Notes under the pieces: model-generated
The model's input: the letters and a program-made list of their open reading frames with translations, nothing else
Databases searched by the model: none
Told to the model about the DNA's origin: nothing
Origin: a virus
Taxonomy: Duplodnaviria > Caudoviricetes
Reading direction: 5' to 3' (one strand)
DNA length: 64,000 bases
IMG/VR virus record: IMGVR_UViG_3300032030_004230
Shown: positions 58,001-64,000 of the stretch, in pieces
Position numbering within the stretch: the stretch's first letter is position 1
Layout of the letters: each line of letters begins with the position of its first letter
Position numbers and translations under genes: made by a program

Positions 58001-60250
58001 AAAATACGGATATTCTTGATTGCCAACTCTTGATCCACCTTCCCATGAAAGCTCTATTGTCTTATAATGTGTTACAGAGAATGTCGCTTTTGCATCTACA
58101 TCTGTGTGAATGCCTTTCTCTAAAAGATTTTTTCCAAGAGCAAAAGACCTCTCAAAATTTCTTGGGCCTATGTCTGAGAAGTTTTCAAATCCTGAGTTAC
58201 CAGAAGACCACTTCTCTACTCCTGAGAAGAACGGATAAGAGAATCTTGCAGGGTCATTAGACTTGAACACCCTTGCTTTTGTCTCTATTTCTGGATCTGG
58301 ATTTTTAAGCAATGATATGCGAGGCACATTTCTCAAGAAAGGATTATTCTCTTCATAGTATGCTTGAACTGTAAAAGGAGAGTGATATGGAGAATGCGGA
58401 CCTCCATACAAAACTGGATTTCTCTGAGGAATGCCCAAGCCGGGCGCACAGTCTGCATCTTCTGAAGAAGCGCCCAAAAACTTCTCTGTAACTGAATCTG
58501 CAGTAGCCAAACTTATGTTGTTCAAATCAGCTTCTTCATTATTTGAATTTGCTGCAGGAGAAGTGTTTCCAGACACATTGTTTACAGCTGAGATTGCAGC
58601 ACCAGTCTTAGAAGACTTTGATGGCAGAAGCTTTAGAGTTGCATCAAAGTAAGACATCTCTACAGAACTTCCTGGACTCATTCCTTGAGAAGAATTGCTA
58701 ACAGCTTCTTGATCAGAACCAAAAGTTCTAAAATTAAAAGAGTCTGAAAGAATGTCTTCACTGCTCAGTGCTATGCCATACACATCACTAAGAACATTGT
58801 CAAGCAATGTCTGAGTCTTCATATAGCCATTTGCAGCATTCAAATGACTTACATCTACAGAACTGATGCTATCTTCTGGAGTAGAGTAAAGCGCTTTATA
58901 GTAGTCAAGTCTCCACTCTCTCCACCCAGATGTAGCTGCACCAACAAAATCATCGTATTGAAGTCTTGCTAAAGCAGTCCAGTTTTTGCTTAAGCCAGAC
59001 TGACTTTCACGAAGATAAATCTCTTTATAAAAAGTAGGGATAAGAACGCCTGGCTTTTCATCACTTCTTGCATCAGCAGCTTGATACCACTCTGGATACG
59101 ACATCCAATAAGGAGAAAGCATGTATAAGCCAGGTGACCATCTTAAGAAAGGTGTCAAGTACTGCTTACTTACTGCTGCATTTACTACACCGTATGCATA
59201 AGCAGATGATTTTTCTTGACCAGGCAATATGTGGTCATCACCCACTCTATGTACAAGCGATATGTACTGGAGAGCTCCACTCACTGTATTGTCATTATTT
59301 AAGCCCTCTTGGAAATACTGAGACAAGTCCCATTCAGTCAAGTATGTCGAGCAGATTCCTGTAACTTTCTCAAGCATCCACTGAAAGAATGCAATGTTAT
59401 CATTTACAGATTTGAAAGACGGAGTTCTATATGTAAAGCCTCCACGGAAATTGTACATTTTAGAGAGTTCTACTTTAGCACCTGTTCCTACATAAGTGCC
59501 ACTTTTCAACTGCTCTGCAAATGCTGCCCACTCTCCTAGAGTAGCTACTTTCTCATTATTTGTAAAGTACGGTGGGAAAAATAGATTTGCATACAAGTCT
59601 TTGTCTTTCTTAATAGAATTTACTGCACTAGAAGAGTAGTATTCAACATCAAAAGCTTGCATGAAGTTTGATCTAGTGTAGATTCTACCGTATGCATCAG
59701 TCTGTAATGTGACAGGAAGAGTATAATTTTTAGAAGCAGTCTCAGCATCATCTATCACATCTTCATAGACTACATTTCCTTTCTCGTCTTTCATGATTTC
59801 GCCAGTGTAAGGGTCTTTTTTAGCGACTTTTTTCATACCTGCACCAGTTGAGTGCCAGCTATCAAGAACACCCGTTACTGTACCAAGACGATACTTAGCA
59901 TCAAAGCTAGAGCCCATGTATTGTGTATAAAATTGCTGAACAAGAGAAAGAGTAGCCTCTTTTGTGACATTCTTTATATAAGAAGCGACTTTCTTATTCT
60001 CTGCAAGAGTTTTCATTTCTTCTGAAGGATTCACTAAACCGTCAGATTCTAGTCTTGCAGTCTCTGATATTGTTTGATTTATGTACTCAGACAAGTTTAC
60101 ATGTTGCATAGCAGAACGAGCATTAGATGGAGCGTCTGCTATGATTTTCTTTATGCTGTCCTGAGACATATTGTACATTTGAAGTCTCGATTTTAGTGCA
60201 TTTTCTACACTGCTTCCATAAAGAAATTTATGAAGGTCTGTTTCTACCAT
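55043..60250 (-). CDS. 1735-aa hypothetical protein, probable virion structural protein
   Basis: Very long ORF, AAGGAG SD; no catalytic motif recognised. Confidence 0.6.
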   Translation of the reverse strand: MVETDLHKFLYGSSVENALKSRLQMYNMSQDSIKKIIADAPSNARSAMQHVNLSEYINQTISETARLESDGLVNPSEEMKTLAENKKVASYIKNVTKEATLSLVQQFYTQYMGSSFDAKYRLGTVTGVLDSWHSTGAGMKKVAKKDPYTGEIMKDEKGNVVYEDVIDDAETASKNYTLPVTLQTDAYGRIYTRSNFMQAFDVEYYSSSAVNSIKKDKDLYANLFFPPYFTNNEKVATLGEWAAFAEQLKSGTYVGTGAKVELSKMYNFRGGFTYRTPSFKSVNDNIAFFQWMLEKVTGICSTYLTEWDLSQYFQEGLNNDNTVSGALQYISLVHRVGDDHILPGQEKSSAYAYGVVNAAVSKQYLTPFLRWSPGLYMLSPYWMSYPEWYQAADARSDEKPGVLIPTFYKEIYLRESQSGLSKNWTALARLQYDDFVGAATSGWREWRLDYYKALYSTPEDSISSVDVSHLNAANGYMKTQTLLDNVLSDVYGIALSSEDILSDSFNFRTFGSDQEAVSNSSQGMSPGSSVEMSYFDATLKLLPSKSSKTGAAISAVNNVSGNTSPAANSNNEEADLNNISLATADSVTEKFLGASSEDADCAPGLGIPQRNPVLYGGPHSPYHSPFTVQAYYEENNPFLRNVPRISLLKNPDPEIETKARVFKSNDPARFSYPFFSGVEKWSSGNSGFENFSDIGPRNFERSFALGKNLLEKGIHTDVDAKATFSVTHYKTIELSWEGGSRVGNQEYPYFPSTVDGHSVSYIKKTIYTITNREKSGLFGVIIQSIESHEINDYWCESKSPQEISKKEYDKLQRSSIKGYNIYTFGGKYYKAESHAYATCFWTTTEERTYKRPIMHDMPRSKWRICQIQTDTAQVTVERDPTGWLSHFFTWWWGFSYRYILSIVSTQEKWKLEFPTSSVQRVKTVPSVGYPDFVFLHTTEEQDFLKKVVNFSGNGENSKAIFLGCDWSKEGDRYSKGPQYIFRAPVKHETFSFVYYYWQEHSEKHRCHRDYWYTRESAVGQDDIISVDIVNADYVLSAPQNGMWNNIYAKGNDLSTWQVSGEKGTDYTSDLTSRVKEYAQSTSFAVGETTQESIRSFEGIGVLSHIQGLSPDAIDYPLLDEYTKQQLTVESHNLRGQDFAISRLPYKYCTLVEDRNSYESEYKDDAKFETILDHGAPRYNEESWDAGLRKAWTEICTSATFYTDNSFKDASTKPGANESFVPYYHISADAPIRFFFNCAVQQRSYLSIIMQLLGFIGEKETMQRVLSFDAIGKMIRGANGEAGIVSNKVLYLADPDQEKMIDPENAAKGTVIYKKKVFQYNQWINEALKIFTLDKEKNETNRRTVEDAIHERYMNLTEAINIVKNILSLPVQSWSTGQYFRVVETMNKCYKDSLNDDLIERFLLAYLNVLYEYRRFFINKRFNKQDGTLWLARHLESLLPMATWGSTTKAPAENPTQAYVDPELPVAFYEVDQTVATRLEAAKNGETVEDRIMYVYVPVEYGTKAQYEQGLKDFEEGRIDQLPYVKVLPWTHKRDKKTGLFLFDANGVVKEYASEYKYARKPKNRKYRLESKEFLKNLAAKNFNKNEPDETKHKSVDYEMDEAIWENIRFGLPDSSLTDEIGETDIIFDVYQSVNLSAAKELVDEGLTDPTSLICASKETADYWKIELPAMKPKASGYKTAVKLEPYSETATEVQKEEMEKAINGIMSNTLYPIVEDSPCIMPSEPEFSQIIGTTL

Positions 60251-60254
60251 TTTA

Positions 60255-61760
60255 TTACAAGACTCCTTTTATTGTTGCACCAGCAGCTGTAGCATCAGTA
60301 AGTGCTGCAGTTTCTTTGCTAGAAGATGAGAATATCGCTGCAATAGAAGTTCCTGCTGCAGCTGCTGCTTTACCTGCATTTTTAAAAGCATCTACAAGAG
60401 CATCTACTTCTTGAGCTGCTCCGCCTCTTACAAGAGAGTTTATTTCATTTACAAGATGTTTTCCATCATTTGGAAGTAAGTTCATCCACTTATCTTTATC
60501 CAAGAAGATGTCATCAAGATTCTCAATGACTTCATTCATCTGATCTTTAAGCTGCTCGGGGTATTTGCTTATGTTTTCTTTGAAAGTCTGCTTTGCTTTT
60601 TTGATTGCTTGAGCTGTTTTCTTTGTTTCATCAGCAACGCCTTTCACAGTAAAACTCATTTGCTGGCCTACACCTGCAATTTGTTTCAAGTCTGAGAATG
60701 CTTCTCTTACAGCATCAAGAACAGATTGAGCTTGACTTGTAAGACAGTCTAAATGAAGCATATCCCATACAGAAGCAATAAGTTTGCCCAATAATTGAAA
60801 CAAGATCGCTGCGACCTTTTCAAGAGCCAGCTGAACTGCTTCACCTGCAGCCGGCGGATCAACCCAACATGATGCAGCTCTAGCTACGATCTTTATCATA
60901 GGAACTGCTATTGCAAGAGTTCTTAAAAGCGCTTTTCTTAAAGACTTTACAGTTTTCAAGACTGACAAAAGAATCTTTAAGAAAGAAAGCTCTGCCAAAG
61001 CACATTGATACAAATCTCTTCGCTTGTCATCAGCATCTTTTCTGTTTAGCCTAGGATCTCCAGCAGCATCTGTGCCTGCTGTTGATGAAGCATTATTTCC
61101 GCTATTGTTGCTTCCGTTGCTGCTCTCATTACTACTACTTGAGCTACTGCTGCTTGAGCTGTCAGATGCATCAAAAATACCCTCTGTATTCAAATCGCTA
61201 TTGCCATTTGCAGCTTTTGTCTTCTCCATAACAGTCTCGTAGTCTAAATCTTCACAATCAAGCTGAAATGTAAGAATTGACTCTAGACTTTTAAGAGGAT
61301 TGTCATTATTTTCATTTTTCGAAGGGACATTATCATCTGAGGGCGGAGTACCTTCTGAATGAATATATGGAATAAGAGACACGATAAAAGAGTCTATCTC
61401 TCGTTCTAATGCTGATATTGGGTCTGGGTCTGCGTCAGGAAATACAACTGGATTGTCTATTCCATTAATGATACTTGTACTCTCTGGGGTTCCTTTATTC
61501 TCACCTGCACCATACGAATAAGATGTAAAGGTATTCTCTTCTTTTTTGTATACAGCTCTGTTCTCTGCTTCAGTATCAGCTTTAATTTTTTCAAATCTAG
61601 CTTTTATGGCATCAAAGATTTTCTGATCTTCATCAATAGAGTCTTCAATTGCATGCATCTCAATTTCTCGTCTTGGGTTCAAGTCTGAATCACCGTATGA
61701 GAAGTCTGTGCTCAAATATTTGTCATATACTTTTTCTAGAAAAAGATTCTTATCTGCCAT
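60255..61760 (-). CDS. 501-aa hypothetical protein, probable virion protein with Ser/Asn-rich linker
   Basis: Poly-Ser tract, helical Ala-rich C-terminus, ACTAATT upstream. Confidence 0.6.
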   Translation of the reverse strand: MADKNLFLEKVYDKYLSTDFSYGDSDLNPRREIEMHAIEDSIDEDQKIFDAIKARFEKIKADTEAENRAVYKKEENTFTSYSYGAGENKGTPESTSIINGIDNPVVFPDADPDPISALEREIDSFIVSLIPYIHSEGTPPSDDNVPSKNENNDNPLKSLESILTFQLDCEDLDYETVMEKTKAANGNSDLNTEGIFDASDSSSSSSSSSSNESSNGSNNSGNNASSTAGTDAAGDPRLNRKDADDKRRDLYQCALAELSFLKILLSVLKTVKSLRKALLRTLAIAVPMIKIVARAASCWVDPPAAGEAVQLALEKVAAILFQLLGKLIASVWDMLHLDCLTSQAQSVLDAVREAFSDLKQIAGVGQQMSFTVKGVADETKKTAQAIKKAKQTFKENISKYPEQLKDQMNEVIENLDDIFLDKDKWMNLLPNDGKHLVNEINSLVRGGAAQEVDALVDAFKNAGKAAAAAGTSIAAIFSSSSKETAALTDATAAGATIKGVL

Positions 61761-61800
61761 TGTTAAGAAATTAGTTTTTAAAGCATATTTTCAAGAATCT

Positions 61801-61914
61801 ATTAAATTTAAATTAATTAATAATCAGCGACTAACCAGCCAATGCGAGTCGTCTCCATTAATAGTTGACGAATTGGTAATACATGGTTAACAGTTGTTAC
61901 CTATGGTTAACAGT
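61801..61914 (+). repeat. dispersed intergenic element, copy 4
   Basis: GTCGTCTCCATTAATAGTTGACGAATTGGTAATACATGGTTAACAGTTGTTACCTATGGTTAACA. Confidence 0.85.
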
Positions 61915-61941
61915 CTAAAGCAAGGTTAATTTTATTTCTGT

Positions 61942-62505
61942 ATGATTACATTAATTTGTGGCCCAATGTACAGTGGCAAGTCTACAGCTTTGTTTCAAAG
62001 AATGGAACGTCTTCTTTATGCTGGAAAAAAAGTTCTTTTAATTCGTCCAAAGAAAGACAATAGAGGCTATTTCACACATAGTGAAGGAATCGATATTAGA
62101 GCTGTAAAAGGAAAATTTGATGAGCAACTTACGATTGAAGAATTAGAAGAAATTCCTGTGAGATATACCTGCAAGAACAAGTACGATGCGATATTTGTTG
62201 ATGAGTACTTTATGATTCCTGGTGCTCATCATCTTTGCTATCAAGCTGACATTGATGTTTATTTTGGCGGTCTGTTAGCTTCATCTGAGTGTGAGCTATT
62301 CGAAGAAACAATTAAAATCTTGCCATTTTGTGACAAAATCAAAAAGCTTAGCGCTGTTTGCATGGATTGCAAATGTGAGAATGCAAGCTATTCTTATGCT
62401 GACTTCAACAAAACTTCTACAATTGATGTTGGAGACACAAAATACTTATGTTTGTGTCATAAATGCTACATTAAGCGACAACGAATCAAAAACGCAAAAA
62501 ATTAA
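61942..62505 (+). CDS. tdk: thymidine kinase
   Basis: ICGPMYSGKST, FVDE, KLSAVCMDC, YLCLCHKCY. Confidence 0.92.
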   Translation: MITLICGPMYSGKSTALFQRMERLLYAGKKVLLIRPKKDNRGYFTHSEGIDIRAVKGKFDEQLTIEELEEIPVRYTCKNKYDAIFVDEYFMIPGAHHLCYQADIDVYFGGLLASSECELFEETIKILPFCDKIKKLSAVCMDCKCENASYSYADFNKTSTIDVGDTKYLCLCHKCYIKRQRIKNAKN

Positions 62506-62519
62506 AAATGCATAAAAAT

Positions 62520-62540
62520 AGCCGCTCATTAAGAGCGGCT
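62520..62540. terminator. bidirectional terminator between convergent genes
   Basis: AGCCGCTC-ATTAA-GAGCGGCT then TTTATTTT; identical to 14641-14661. Confidence 0.8.
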
Positions 62541-62569
62541 TTTATTTTATCTCTTAGCGGAGATTAACA

Positions 62570-63469
62570 TTAGGCTTTGATATATTTTTCACCAAGAATG
62601 TCCTGAACAAACTTTGTAAATTCTCTTGCGTAGTGGTCAAAATCTGTTCCAAGCTCTTCTTCAGTTGTAGCGTCGCGAAGGGTATTATTCATATCTTCAA
62701 CAGCATCTTCAAAGCTCTCAAAAGGCTCTACCTCACCACTTGACCACAAGTCTATTTCCCAGTGATTTCCTACGCTGTCTTCAACATGGCAGGGATTTTC
62801 TTTGTCATCGACTTTGAAGCCATAGATGTTATGAAACTTACCCTCTCTCAAAGGCTTTTTGTCTTCTGGCTTTTTGTTTGATTCCTCAAGAGCTCTGCTG
62901 ACCATGTCTGTCAGATCGAAGTCTTCGTCCCTGTCTTTAAGATTCTCAGGCACATACTGCGGATCTACTTCATCAATAAAGTCTTCAACAAACTTAATTG
63001 CTTTTGCAGTAGGATAATAAGTATTCTTTGTTGTTGCACGAATAAATCCGTCTGCATTCAAAGCAGAGAAGTATGTGTTCATATAGCCTGCAGCATCAGA
63101 CACATGGACCATTCCAGCAGCATCTCTCGAAGCCTGCCAATTTCTGTATGTAGGTGAGTTTTTGTCTCTTGCAAGCTTTGCAGCTGTGTGAGAATCTAGA
63201 AGCATTTTGTCTTCAGGGTAGACTTTCTTGAGAATTTCTTTTCTTGTAAGACCAGGGTTTGCAACAATTTCCATCAAGAACTGGAAATATCTTGCAGGCT
63301 TTCCATGACTTACAGGCTGCTTATAGTTCATTCCCCGAGACCTCATTGAAGCATAAGTGAGATTACCATCTCGATCTTTTGCGTTTCTATGACTGTAATA
63401 TCCGTCACAATTTGCGATAGGATCTCTGAATACGACGTCCTTTACAATTTTCTTTGGATCAAATTCCAT
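62570..63469 (-). CDS. hypothetical protein with possible winged-helix-like region
   Basis: NPGLTRKEIL...YFSAL..DGFI...YYPT.K; AAGGAG SD. Confidence 0.7.
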   Translation of the reverse strand: MEFDPKKIVKDVVFRDPIANCDGYYSHRNAKDRDGNLTYASMRSRGMNYKQPVSHGKPARYFQFLMEIVANPGLTRKEILKKVYPEDKMLLDSHTAAKLARDKNSPTYRNWQASRDAAGMVHVSDAAGYMNTYFSALNADGFIRATTKNTYYPTAKAIKFVEDFIDEVDPQYVPENLKDRDEDFDLTDMVSRALEESNKKPEDKKPLREGKFHNIYGFKVDDKENPCHVEDSVGNHWEIDLWSSGEVEPFESFEDAVEDMNNTLRDATTEEELGTDFDHYAREFTKFVQDILGEKYIKA

Positions 63470-63509
63470 TTGCAGTGGCTCCTTATCTGTTTTTTGTCAT
63501 TATAACAGA

Positions 63510-63521
63510 AATAATATAATA
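63510..63521 (-). promoter_or_regulatory. putative phage promoter motif TATTATATTATT
   Basis: Exact motif copy. Confidence 0.65.
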
Positions 63522-63539
63522 AAAGTTAGTATAAGATTT

Positions 63540-63579
63540 AAAAAAAAAATACTCTCTACTGAAGTTTCTCAATAGAGAG
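63540..63579 (-). terminator. rho-independent terminator
   Basis: CTCTCTA...TAGAGAG hairpin followed by a long T run on the - strand. Confidence 0.7.
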
Positions 63580-63585
63580 CTAAAA

Positions 63586-63741
63586 AAGCAAGTGAAGGAT
63601 GCTCTGAGAGCTCTTTGCCACAAGTGCTGGAACGGTATAACCATTTCACCTTCACCAGAAACCGTTTTTTATTTGCACGTCCGAGACGGCTACAGTGGCT
63701 ATTGCTCACTCTAATAAAGTGGCTCACACTGCATTTTGCTT
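63586..63741 (-). ncRNA. candidate structured non-coding RNA
   Basis: Visibly GC-richer intergenic stretch with nested end pairing and internal stems, followed by a terminator. Confidence 0.4.
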
Positions 63742-64000
63742 ATTTAGAGTATCTGACCTTGAACCATGAGCGAATAATTCGCTCTTCATTCTTCATAAGC
63801 CAATGTGTAAGTTCTTCTTCAGTTTTGAAGGTATGAGGAATGAGTCCTCTATGAAACAGAAATTCCATCAAGTCTCTATCGAATTTAGCTTGAACGAACT
63901 TCCATTTGTTCAGTCTCCATACTCTTACATTAACAGCTTCAGACGGAATTTCTCCAACATAAGGATAGTGGTCAAAGACTTTCTTTTCTTTTCTATACTG
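63740..64000 (-). CDS. partial hypothetical protein (5' end outside window)
   Basis: Open frame QYRKEKKVFDHYPY...WFKVRYSK* running off the window edge. Confidence 0.7.
   Translation of the reverse strand, partial: QYRKEKKVFDHYPYVGEIPSEAVNVRVWRLNKWKFVQAKFDRDLMEFLFHRGLIPHTFKTEEELTHWLMKNEERIIRSWFKVRYSK

Noticed and set aside
61085-61165. Poly-Ser coding tract as a microsatellite or phase-variation site
   Set aside because: Mixed Ser codons, so it is a protein-level low-complexity linker rather than a slippage repeat.
63586-63741. tRNA or hammerhead ribozyme
   Set aside because: No GTTCRA T-loop or cloverleaf. CTGGTGA/GAAA does not match the hammerhead core with the required stems.
63615-63836. 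73-aa + strand ORF
   Set aside because: TTG start without SD; overlaps the partial - strand gene and the ncRNA candidate in antisense.
1-64000. Stop-codon reassignment
   Set aside because: Long conserved genes are intact in code 11, and TAA, TAG and TGA all end genes at tight junctions.

Overview
A 64-kb, AT-rich, gene-dense segment of a large lytic (jumbo-like) tailed-phage genome in the standard genetic code. I saw no rRNA, tRNA, CRISPR array, integrase or transposase. Layout: a + strand block (1-14.6 kb) with a CCA-adding enzyme, PncB, NadD and a QueC-like PP-loop protein. A long - strand block of small genes (14.7-38.0 kb) with a 5'-3' exonuclease, MazG-like protein, LemA, CYTH, HAD, Thg1, macrodomain and an AEP-like protein. 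A ~12.5-kb island (40.8-53.2 kb) of eight paralogous radical-SAM/Twitch-type enzymes, bracketed by two paralogous asparagine-synthetase-like PP-loop proteins and containing a degenerate P-loop protein and a possible methyltransferase. Then DUF488, two large probable virion proteins and thymidine kinase. Non-coding signals read directly from the sequence: a four-copy dispersed intergenic element (core CCATTAATAGTTGACGAATT), an 8-copy TATTATATTATT promoter-like motif, a CTAA(A/T)T motif often just upstream of SD-less ATGs, duplicated terminators, and a candidate structured ncRNA at ~63.6-63.74 kb. The best candidate for an undescribed system is the radical-SAM island. All functional calls come from motif recognition by eye; no database searches were run.
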